From contig DNCG01000010.1 in assembly GCA_003491635.1 (NCBI GenBank), positions 1 to 47,348 of the forward strand: a stretch of 47,348 bases of DNA. Direction: 5' to 3'. This stretch comes from Actinomycetota bacterium (GTDB taxonomy: Bacteria; Actinomycetota; Aquicultoria; Subteraquimicrobiales; UBA9087). The position numbers and the translations under genes were made by a program. Numbering within the stretch: the first letter of the stretch is position 1; each line of letters opens with the position of its first letter. The notes beneath the pieces were generated by a model. It did no database searches, was not told the origin of the DNA, and saw only the letters and a list, made by a program, of their open reading frames with translations. Of this stretch, positions 39,970 to 47,348 are shown in pieces.

Positions 39970-40737
39970 ATGGGGTCGGTTGGCGAGACCCTCTCAGTAA
40001 GCCGGAGGAGACTGGGCAAGAGCATCCAGGACGTTGAGGAAGCTACCAAGATCCGGGCCAGGTACATCCAGGCTCTGGAGGATGAGGAATTTCAAATCCT
40101 CCCAGACGATTTCTACGTAAAAGCTTTCATCAGAACCTATTGTCGCTTCCTGGATATAGATAGTGAACCCCTGATAAGAGAATACGAGTATCGATATAAA
40201 GCTATTCCCCAGAAAGTAGAGACGAGAACCCCGCTTCTGATCGACTTAAAATCTCAGCGCAGGCGACCTTTGCCCATCTTAATTTTGGCGGGTCTCTTGA
40301 TTCTCGGTGGTCTCTTCATCTGGGGAAGCTTTAGGGGGAAGGTCATCGTTTCTCCAGAAAGGATGGAGGCCGAGAGATTCCAAGAGGAAATCGAGATGGA
40401 AGAGACGGAAACTACCTTAGAGGACACAGCTCAACCAGGACCGGAAATCGCTCCTCCGAGAGCCCCCAAAATTATAACCCCTTCCCTGCAAGAATTCACC
40501 ATAAGGGTGAAGGTGATAGATGAGAGGGGTTGCTGGTTAAGAGTTCTCGTCGACGATGTCAAGGTCTATGAGGGCACCCTCGCGGTGGGGGAAAGCAAGG
40601 AATGGAGAGCTGAACGAAGCATCTTTATCCGAGCTGGGAACGCCAGGGGCATCGAGGTGGAAAGGGATGGAGAGTATCTCGGTCCTCTGGGAGAGAGCGG
40701 TGGAGTGGTCGAGAAGATCTTTTCCGTGGAGAAATGA
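39970..40737 (+). CDS. RodZ-like HTH (XRE-type) membrane protein with DUF4115-like C-terminal domain
   Basis: N-terminal HTH (LGKSIQDVEEATKIRARYIQALEDEEF), a single TM (PILILAGLLILGGLFIWG) and a C-terminal beta-rich domain (CWLRVLVDDVKVYEGTL). Confidence 0.75.
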   Translation: MGSVGETLSVSRRRLGKSIQDVEEATKIRARYIQALEDEEFQILPDDFYVKAFIRTYCRFLDIDSEPLIREYEYRYKAIPQKVETRTPLLIDLKSQRRRPLPILILAGLLILGGLFIWGSFRGKVIVSPERMEAERFQEEIEMEETETTLEDTAQPGPEIAPPRAPKIITPSLQEFTIRVKVIDERGCWLRVLVDDVKVYEGTLAVGESKEWRAERSIFIRAGNARGIEVERDGEYLGPLGESGGVVEKIFSVEK

Positions 40738-40916
40738 GAGGCATGGCACCAAGGATCTCCATAATCACCCCGGGGTGTCCCAAAAACATCGTGGAGACCG
40801 ATTTCATCAATGCCAGAACAATGATTCCTTTATCGCATAGCAAGCCGCTTGCTGGAGTGATTTTCCGGTCCGCAATCGCCCCCTCGGCAGGGAAATTGGG
40901 CAAGACGGAGAATTAA
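40734..40916 (+). pseudogene. Probable truncated N-terminal remnant of a RimO/MiaB-family radical-SAM methylthiotransferase (60 codons)
   Basis: ATGA start/stop overlap with the upstream gene. RISIITPGCPKNIVETDF resembles the MTTase N-terminal LGCxKNxxDSE box, and AGVIFRSAIAPSA sits where ADVxxxNTCxF is expected but lacks the Cys. The ORF stops after 60 aa, and no radical-SAM CxxxCxxC domain follows. Confidence 0.45.
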
Positions 40917-40956
40917 AGTCTTGGGGTTCTCCTGCTCGTTTTGAAAGGGGAAGGGC

Positions 40957-42084
40957 ATGATCGTAAAGATCCTACATACGGGCGATCTTCACCTTGGAGC
41001 AAAATTCACCGGTCTAGGGGAGAAGGGCAAAGAACAACGTCTCCAGCTCCTTAAGACTTTCGAAAAGGTGGTCAATCTCGCCATCGAGAAAAAGGTTCAT
41101 CTTTTTCTCATCGCCGGGGACCTGTTTGATTCCAATTATCCCTCGAGAAATACTCTAGACCGAGTATTACACCTCTTCGGAATAGTGCGGGAGGCGAATA
41201 TCCCAATCTGCCTCATCCCCGGTACCCACGATTGCTACGATGCTACTTCCATCTATCGTCGCTTCGACTTCCGGGAAGCGGCCCCAAATCTAACCATCTT
41301 CACCGATAAGATTACCTCCAAGGTTTTTGAAAAGTTGAATCTCACGGTTTACGGAAGAGCGCTCACCGCAAAGGTTGTAAAGGAAAGTCCCCTTAAAGAT
41401 ATTTCTCCCCAAAAGGGCACCGCACTGCATGTCGCCATGGTTCATGGATCCTTGGAGATCCCGGGGAAGGTGGAGCGAGATGGAGCAACATTTACCCCCC
41501 GAGAGATAGAAAAAAGCAGGATGAATTACATCGCCATGGGACACTGGCACTCCTATGGAGATTACTCGGTCCATCAAACTAAAGCTTGTTATTGTGGTTC
41601 ACCAGAGGCGATCGATATAGATCAAAAGGGCTTCGGGAATGTTCTCTTCGTCACGATCAAGCCCGACGACTTGGTGAAAGTCGAACCTCAGCGAGTTGGC
41701 CTGCGCAATTATGAAGTCATACACATTAAGGTGGATGACATAACCAGCGTCGGCGAAATCTTAGAGGCGATAAAAGCCAAGGCCGACCCCAACCTTATAC
41801 TCGAAGTCAAACTCCAAGGATTGTGTGGTTTTGACCTCGAGATCGACACCCAGGAGCTTGAACAAGAACTCGAGCCCCTCTTCTTCCGTCTGAGGATGAT
41901 CAACGAATCTCATCCCAAATTGAAGGAGATAGCCGTCGAAGATTTTCCGGAAAATATGGTCATAGGTAAATTCATCCGCCTGATGAAAGAGAAGATCAAG
42001 AAGTCCGCCGGAGAGGAAAAAGAGATCGCCGAGGAAGCTCTCAGGCTGGGAGTGGCCCTCCTCAGAGGCAAAGAGGTGTTATAG
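40957..42084 (+). CDS. Mre11/SbcD-family calcineurin-like metallophosphoesterase (YhaO-like nuclease subunit)
   Basis: Phosphoesterase motifs I-V are present: HTGDLHLG, AGDLFD, PGTHD, AMVHG and MGHWH. 375 aa, and its stop abuts the start of the ATPase gene. Confidence 0.85.
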   Translation: MIVKILHTGDLHLGAKFTGLGEKGKEQRLQLLKTFEKVVNLAIEKKVHLFLIAGDLFDSNYPSRNTLDRVLHLFGIVREANIPICLIPGTHDCYDATSIYRRFDFREAAPNLTIFTDKITSKVFEKLNLTVYGRALTAKVVKESPLKDISPQKGTALHVAMVHGSLEIPGKVERDGATFTPREIEKSRMNYIAMGHWHSYGDYSVHQTKACYCGSPEAIDIDQKGFGNVLFVTIKPDDLVKVEPQRVGLRNYEVIHIKVDDITSVGEILEAIKAKADPNLILEVKLQGLCGFDLEIDTQELEQELEPLFFRLRMINESHPKLKEIAVEDFPENMVIGKFIRLMKEKIKKSAGEEKEIAEEALRLGVALLRGKEVL

Positions 42085-44223
42085 GTGATCATCAAAAGAA
42101 TTCAGTTGCGGCGATTTAAAAAATTTAAGACCCTGGAGATGGGGCTTTCACCGAGCCTTAACGTCATCAAAGGGCCAAACGAGGCTGGAAAGTCCACTCT
42201 CCACACAGCCATAATCGCCGGGCTTTTCTTCGATCCTCGTCACGCTCGGGCGGAGATAAGGGGTTGTCTCTCCTGGGACTCGGATCGCATGTATGAGATT
42301 GGCTTGGAAATGGAAGAGGGCAACTCCAGCTACATCCTTCGCAAGGACTTTGAGACGAAAAAAATCCATCTCTCCGGCGGTGATCTACGAGAGGGGATCG
42401 TCGATCCCACGAGAGTTGCTGAAAAGGTCAGAGAGTGGTTGGGTCTCAGCTCCGCAACAGCCTTTAAGAGCACAGCCTGCATTCAGCAGGACAAAATCTC
42501 TCAAATCACAAAAGGAGAAAAAGAAATAGGAGATAGTCTACAGGCGATCATAACCGGCGAAGATGAAGCAAGCGCCTCATCGGCTCTGGAAAAATTGAGG
42601 AAAGCCAAGGCAGATCTCACCAAGGGCCTGGAAAGGGCGACCAGATATCCCGGCGAGATTCAGAGGATAACGGCTCTCATCGACGAGCTAAACGGCGAGC
42701 ACAAGAGGCTGCAGCAGGAGGTAAATGAGGTCAAGAACGCTAGCTCCAGACTTTTTGAGATGGAACAAGAGCTCGAAAAAGTCGTCTCGGAACTCTCGAC
42801 CAAGGTAAATCTGAAAGAAAAGAACGAGAAGAGACAAAAACTTCGCAAAGAGCTGGATGACATCGAACACTGTTACCGGGAGATTCAGCGCGCCTTTGGT
42901 ATAGCTAAGGACATAGAAGAACTTGACGCCGAGCTTGTTTCCTACAGCTCCTTCTTGGATATCCAGGATGAAGATATGGACGCTTTTCATACTCTCCTGG
43001 GCAATAAGCAGTCGTATGAGCAGACGCGAGAATCCCTACAGAAGCAACTAGAACAACCTCTACCCACTCCAGCCGTTGTGCCCGAACCCGAGCCCATCCC
43101 CAGATATCTCCTGATCGTGGGGGCGGTCCTCCTGGTCTTGGGCATAGTTGGGGCTTTCTTCTCCAGATTCATGCCAATCCTTGCCGTCATCGGTCTTGGA
43201 TTGGCCGGTTATGGGCTAATAAAAGCGAGGCCCACAAAACCAATCGATCTAACATTTCTAATTGAGCGAATGAAAGGTCAGTTAGCTCGAATTGAGGCGG
43301 AACTCCTCGGAGTTGAGCAAAACATCAAATACTTTCTCTCCAGAACCGGATGTGAAACTCCAGCTGCGTGCCTTGAAAAGTACGAGAAATACAAACCCCT
43401 TCGGGCCAAGAAAACGGCCAAAGAAAGTGAATTGACCGGCATTTTGGGAGAGAAAAATCTCAAGGATCTAGAACTAGAATCGAGAACCTTGGCGCTGGAC
43501 AGAAACGCCAAAAAGGAGGAGTGGGAGAGCCTTGAGCCAATAGCTCTCGAACCAGAACAATTTCAAAGACTCCTTGAAGAGATAGGAGTTTTGACGGAGA
43601 GGAAAGAAAAGCTTAGTGATGAGAAAAAAGAGCTTGAGATCACCATCTCTAAAGCCAGAGCTACCCCCGAAGATATAGCCGCAATAGAGGAAGGGCTGTC
43701 TGAACTTGAGCAAAAACTTGCCTTCTTCGAGAGGCGCCGCAAGATTTACGAGCTGGCCCTTGAGATTTTGGATAAGGCCAGAAAGGCCAGCTGGCGTGCG
43801 GCCACAAAGGTTCTGGAGGAAGAGATCGCCAAGCATATAAGCAGAGTAACCTGTGGCAGATACGAGAGCGCAAAGGTGGACGAGGAAACGCTGAGCTTCT
43901 TTGTCTACTCTCCCGAAAAAGAGGATTACGTTAAGGCGGAGGAGCTAAGTCGGGCGACCATCGATCAGATTTATCTGGCTGCTCGCCTGGGCCTTGTCAG
44001 GCTCATCATGGGAGACAAAAAATCACCACTACTCTTCGATGATCCATTTGTGACCTTCGATGACAAGAGATTGGAAAGCACGATGAAGATGGTCAAAGAG
44101 ATATCCAAAGAGTACCAAATTCTCTTATTTACTTGCGAAAACAAATACGACGTCTATGCCGATAAGGTCCTTGATCTAACAAAGATAAATGTTGCCTCCG
44201 CACAGACAAGTCTATTGATCTAA
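42085..44223 (+). CDS. Rad50/SbcC-like (YhaN-type) ABC ATPase with coiled-coil arms and a central two-helix transmembrane hairpin
   Basis: Walker A GPNEAGKST, Q-loop CIQQD, signature-like LSRATIDQIYLAARL and Walker B PLLFDDPFVTFDD. E/K/L-rich heptad-like arms flank LLIVGAVLLVLGIVGAFF-SR-FMPILAVIGLGLAGYGLI. No CxxC hook. GTG start directly follows the TAG of the nuclease gene and has an AGAGGTG SD. Confidence 0.85.
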   Translation: MIIKRIQLRRFKKFKTLEMGLSPSLNVIKGPNEAGKSTLHTAIIAGLFFDPRHARAEIRGCLSWDSDRMYEIGLEMEEGNSSYILRKDFETKKIHLSGGDLREGIVDPTRVAEKVREWLGLSSATAFKSTACIQQDKISQITKGEKEIGDSLQAIITGEDEASASSALEKLRKAKADLTKGLERATRYPGEIQRITALIDELNGEHKRLQQEVNEVKNASSRLFEMEQELEKVVSELSTKVNLKEKNEKRQKLRKELDDIEHCYREIQRAFGIAKDIEELDAELVSYSSFLDIQDEDMDAFHTLLGNKQSYEQTRESLQKQLEQPLPTPAVVPEPEPIPRYLLIVGAVLLVLGIVGAFFSRFMPILAVIGLGLAGYGLIKARPTKPIDLTFLIERMKGQLARIEAELLGVEQNIKYFLSRTGCETPAACLEKYEKYKPLRAKKTAKESELTGILGEKNLKDLELESRTLALDRNAKKEEWESLEPIALEPEQFQRLLEEIGVLTERKEKLSDEKKELEITISKARATPEDIAAIEEGLSELEQKLAFFERRRKIYELALEILDKARKASWRAATKVLEEEIAKHISRVTCGRYESAKVDEETLSFFVYSPEKEDYVKAEELSRATIDQIYLAARLGLVRLIMGDKKSPLLFDDPFVTFDDKRLESTMKMVKEISKEYQILLFTCENKYDVYADKVLDLTKINVASAQTSLLI

Positions 44224-44331
44224 ATGCAAATTCCGTTTTTTAAGCAAGCGGCCCCTTTTCAACTTCTGCAAGGGAAAATGACCGGTCATGGAGAATTATC
44301 CAGGTGGAAATGTTTTAATGGGAAGTGGAAA

Positions 44332-44802
44332 ATGACCGCAAGGGAAGGAGAAAAGAAAATAGAGAAGATTCTTTATCCCACCGATGGCTCAAAGACAGCC
44401 GAGAGAGCAATGCACTTCGCCATCTATATAGCCAAGGCGACGGGGGCGAAAATAATAATCCTCAGTGTGGGTGAGTTACCTTTTCTTCATGGTGCTCAAT
44501 CCGGTTTGGAGAGCCAGGTAAGCAGCCAGATTAAGAGCGTGGCTCGAGATGTCGCTCACAAGGCCAAGAGAGAGGCAACCAAATACGGCATAGAGGCCCG
44601 AGAGCGGATAGAAATGGGAGATCCATCTGGAAAGATAGTCGAGGTGGCAAAGAAAGAAAAGGTCGATGCGATAGTCATGGGTACTCAAGGAACAACTGGA
44701 CTTGCCCGTGTAATTATCGGTAGTGTGGCCGATAGGGTCATCAGGGAGGCGGACTGCCCCGTTATCCTTGTTCCCCTGAAAGGTTCCCGCACCACGTTCT
44801 AA
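44332..44802 (+). CDS. Universal stress protein (UspA family); start uncertain
   Basis: KILYPTDGSKTAERAM...AKIIILSV...DAIVMGTQGTTGLARVIIGSVADRVIREADCPVILV is a canonical USP fold with a G-2x-G-9x-G(S/T) ATP motif. In-frame ATGs at 44224 (abutting the upstream stop), 44278 and 44332 all have weak SDs. Confidence 0.8.
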   Translation: MTAREGEKKIEKILYPTDGSKTAERAMHFAIYIAKATGAKIIILSVGELPFLHGAQSGLESQVSSQIKSVARDVAHKAKREATKYGIEARERIEMGDPSGKIVEVAKKEKVDAIVMGTQGTTGLARVIIGSVADRVIREADCPVILVPLKGSRTTF

Positions 44803-44895
44803 ATAGAGATTATACCACCGATCACCACCTTAATGTCACAGATGAAGGAACGTCTACCTGTCAGTAGACAAGTTTACAGGCAACGGAGGTTGACT

Positions 44896-47322
44896 ATGGC
44901 GAGGAACATCAAGGATTTTGAGCTGACCTTGGATCAGCTCAAGAAATATTGCGATTACACCCAGCTTGACTTCAAGACCACCAAAGAGGTGCCTCCTCTA
45001 GAGGAGACCGTGGGTCAAGATCGAGCGGTGGACGCACTAGAATTTGGCGTGCACATGGAAACCCATGGCTTCAATATTTACGTAGCCGGCCCCGTGGGCA
45101 CCGGTAAGAGTTTCGCCACAAAGGTCTTCGTGCAAAAGGCGGCCAAAGAGAAGAAGGTTCCCTCTGACTGGTGTTATGTCTATAACTTTTCAGATCCCCG
45201 TCAGCCCCGAGCCGTCGAGCTTCCGCCGAGTAAGGGACAGGTGTTTGCAAAGGAGATGGACGAGCTCATAAAGTATTGCAGGATAGAGATACCCAAGGTC
45301 TTTGAAAGCGAGGAATACGAAAGACGAAAAGAGCTCGTTCTGGGTAAGACTCAGTCAAAGCGCGATGCCCTCCTCTCCCAAGCCAAAGAGAGAGCGGAGA
45401 AAATGGGATTTAAGGCCCAGGTAACCACCGCCGGGATAATCATCATGCCCATAGTTAAGGGCAAGCCAATCAAGAGAGAGGAGTATGAAAAGCTGCCCGA
45501 GGCGGATAAGAGGGAGATTCAGCAAAAGAGCCAGGAATTGGAAGAGGATATAGACCAGGTTTGGAAGCAGATGAGAGCCCTGGAAAGAGAAGCCGACCTC
45601 ACGGTGAAGAACCTCGATAAGGAGACGGCATTATTCGCTGTGGGTCATCTTCTGGAGGCTCTCAAGGAAAAGTATAGGGAACATTCCAGGATAAGTGAGT
45701 ACTTGGAGAGCGTGGAACGGGATATCATCGAACATCTTGAGGACTTCAAGGGGGAGAAAAAATTACCCTTTGTTATCCCCGGTATAGAGATTCCAACTGA
45801 ACCATCGTTCGATAGGTACAAGGTGAATGTAATCGTAAATAACGCCGAAACTCAAGGCGCTCCCGTAATCATAGAAACCAACCCCACCTACTATAACCTA
45901 TTCGGAGGAATCGAATACCAAGCTCGCCTGGGGACAATGGTCACCGACTTCACCATGATCAAAGGAGGGGCCATACACCGTGCCAATGGTGGGTATTTGA
46001 TTGTCCGAGCCTGGGATGTACTCATAAATTTCATGGTTTGGGATGCCCTGAAGAGAACCCTTCGAAGCAGATCGGCGTTCATTGAAAATATCGGTGAGCA
46101 GTTCAGGGTGATACCGACGGTGGTCTTAAAGCCCGAGTCCATTCCCATCGATGTGAAGGTCGTTCTAATGGGAAACCGCCTGCTCTACTACCTGTTATAC
46201 CAGCTGGATGAGGACTTCAGAAAGTTATTTAAGGTCAAGGCCGATTTCGATATAGAGATGGACCGAAACAACGAGAGTATCCGCAAGTATGTCGCCTTCA
46301 TCGGCGCTCGCTGTAGGGAAGAGAATTTGAGACACTTCGACCGAAAGGCAGTGGCCAAGGTGGTGGAATACGGTGCCCGGGCCGCTGAAGACAAGGAAAA
46401 ACTCTCCACTCGTTTCATGGAGATATCTGATCTTCTCAGCGAGGCAAATTTCTGGGCAAGGCAAGACGGCAATGAATATGTCACGGCAGAGGACGTTGAA
46501 AAAGCTTTAGAAAAGAAGTTCTATCGCTCTAACATGATCGAAAAAAAGATCCAAGAACTAATTGAGGATGGAACTCTTTTGATCGATACCGAAGGGGAAG
46601 CCCTGGGCCAGGTGAATGGAATCTCCCTTCTCGATCTCGGGGATTATATTTTTGGGAAGCCCAGCAGGATAACCGCCAGGGTTTCCATGGGTAAAGCTGG
46701 CATAATAAATATAGAAAGAGAAGCCAAGATGAGCGGCCGCATTCACAGTAAGGGCGTGATGATTCTGAGCGGTTATTTGAGCGGCAAATATGCTCTGGAT
46801 AAACCCCTCTCGGTATCCGCGAGTCTCTGTTTTGAACAGTCGTACGAGGAGGTGGAAGGAGACAGCGCATCCAGCGCTGAGCTCTATGCCATTCTATCCA
46901 GCCTTGCTGATCTCGCCTTGAAACAGGAGATAGCGGCGACTGGTTCGGTCAATCAGAGAGGAGAGATTCAGCCTGTGGGAGGGATAAATCAAAAGATCGA
47001 GGGATTCTTTGACACATGTAAAGTCAAGGGACTAACCGGCAATCAAGGGGTAATGATCCCTCGCCGCAACATCAGGAATCTCATGTTGAGGGATGAAGTT
47101 CTCCAGGCGGTAAAGGATGGCAAATTTCACATTTGGGGAGTGGATACCATCGATGAGGGAATTGAACTGCTAACCGGGGTAAAGGCTGGTGAGCGTCAAC
47201 CGGATGGTACTTATCCCGAGGGAACACTGAATTACAGGGTCGATAAGAAACTTTGCGAGATGGCACAACAGCTTAAAGAATTTGGGGCAAAGGAAGCCGA
47301 AAGCAAAGAACCAGAAGATTAA
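44896..47322 (+). CDS. Lon-like protease of the LonC/COG1067 type (AAA-like domain with long helical insertion plus Lon Ser-Lys protease domain)
   Basis: GQDRAVDALEFGV...VAGPVGTGKSF Walker A. A coiled-coil-like insertion of about 200 aa follows it. The Walker B position reads GGYLIVRAWD, with no DE. The protease domain has VEGDSASSAE (Ser) and GGINQKIEG (Lys). The ATG at 44896 lies 6 nt after ACGGAGG. The ORF track begins at 44833. Confidence 0.85.
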   Translation: MARNIKDFELTLDQLKKYCDYTQLDFKTTKEVPPLEETVGQDRAVDALEFGVHMETHGFNIYVAGPVGTGKSFATKVFVQKAAKEKKVPSDWCYVYNFSDPRQPRAVELPPSKGQVFAKEMDELIKYCRIEIPKVFESEEYERRKELVLGKTQSKRDALLSQAKERAEKMGFKAQVTTAGIIIMPIVKGKPIKREEYEKLPEADKREIQQKSQELEEDIDQVWKQMRALEREADLTVKNLDKETALFAVGHLLEALKEKYREHSRISEYLESVERDIIEHLEDFKGEKKLPFVIPGIEIPTEPSFDRYKVNVIVNNAETQGAPVIIETNPTYYNLFGGIEYQARLGTMVTDFTMIKGGAIHRANGGYLIVRAWDVLINFMVWDALKRTLRSRSAFIENIGEQFRVIPTVVLKPESIPIDVKVVLMGNRLLYYLLYQLDEDFRKLFKVKADFDIEMDRNNESIRKYVAFIGARCREENLRHFDRKAVAKVVEYGARAAEDKEKLSTRFMEISDLLSEANFWARQDGNEYVTAEDVEKALEKKFYRSNMIEKKIQELIEDGTLLIDTEGEALGQVNGISLLDLGDYIFGKPSRITARVSMGKAGIINIEREAKMSGRIHSKGVMILSGYLSGKYALDKPLSVSASLCFEQSYEEVEGDSASSAELYAILSSLADLALKQEIAATGSVNQRGEIQPVGGINQKIEGFFDTCKVKGLTGNQGVMIPRRNIRNLMLRDEVLQAVKDGKFHIWGVDTIDEGIELLTGVKAGERQPDGTYPEGTLNYRVDKKLCEMAQQLKEFGAKEAESKEPED

Positions 47323-47348
47323 CCCCTCGGGTCGGAACCTCTCAGGTC

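Noticed and set aside
40556-40903. Overlapping 94-aa (+) and 92-aa (-) ORFs around the RodZ-like 3' end and the rimO-like remnant
   Set aside because: They show no SDs and no recognisable motifs. They overlap better-supported frames and are likely spurious.

Overview
This 47.3 kb window is almost entirely housekeeping DNA. I call about 51 protein-coding genes, and 50 of them are on the + strand. They are tightly packed, and many stop/start pairs overlap or abut.

From nt 1 to about 40.7 kb the gene order is: smc(3' end)-ftsY-ffh-rpsP-KH-rimM-trmD-rplS-lepB-rnhB-yraN-comM-(membrane gene, minus strand)-dprA-xerC-WhiG/FliA-type sigma-rpsB-tsf-pyrH-frr-uppS-cdsA-dxr-rseP-ispG-proS-(GT2)-rimP-nusA-ylxR-infB-DUF503-rbfA-nrnA-truB-ribF-rpsO-pnp-M16 peptidase-dapB-dapA-rnj-uppP-ftsK-RodZ-like. 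From memory, this order matches the conserved Actinomycetota arrangement seen in Mycobacterium and Streptomyces. I therefore guess a deep-branching, roughly 50% GC, Actinomycetota-like genome, but that is inference only.

I saw no rRNA, tRNA, CRISPR array, transposase or prophage genes.

The non-core part is the last ~6.6 kb. A 60-codon ORF resembles the N-terminus of a RimO/MiaB methylthiotransferase and looks like a truncated remnant. Four genes follow it:
- an Mre11/SbcD-type phosphoesterase;
- a directly abutting Rad50/SbcC-like (YhaN-type) ATPase whose coiled-coil apex is a two-helix transmembrane hairpin rather than a zinc hook;
- a universal stress protein;
- a LonC-like protease with a large helical insertion and a degenerate Walker B.

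This block is my best candidate for an accessory or novel system.

Smaller observations:
- a 22-nt repeat at two operon junctions;
- a promoter-plus-terminator leader in front of rimP-nusA-infB;
- hairpins in the rpsB and rpsO leaders;
- a strong rpsO terminator ahead of pnp;
- a CCCH tail on NusA;
- a Cys-rich small ORF between dprA and xerC.

All calls come from reading the translations and sequence by eye. No searches or folding programs were run.
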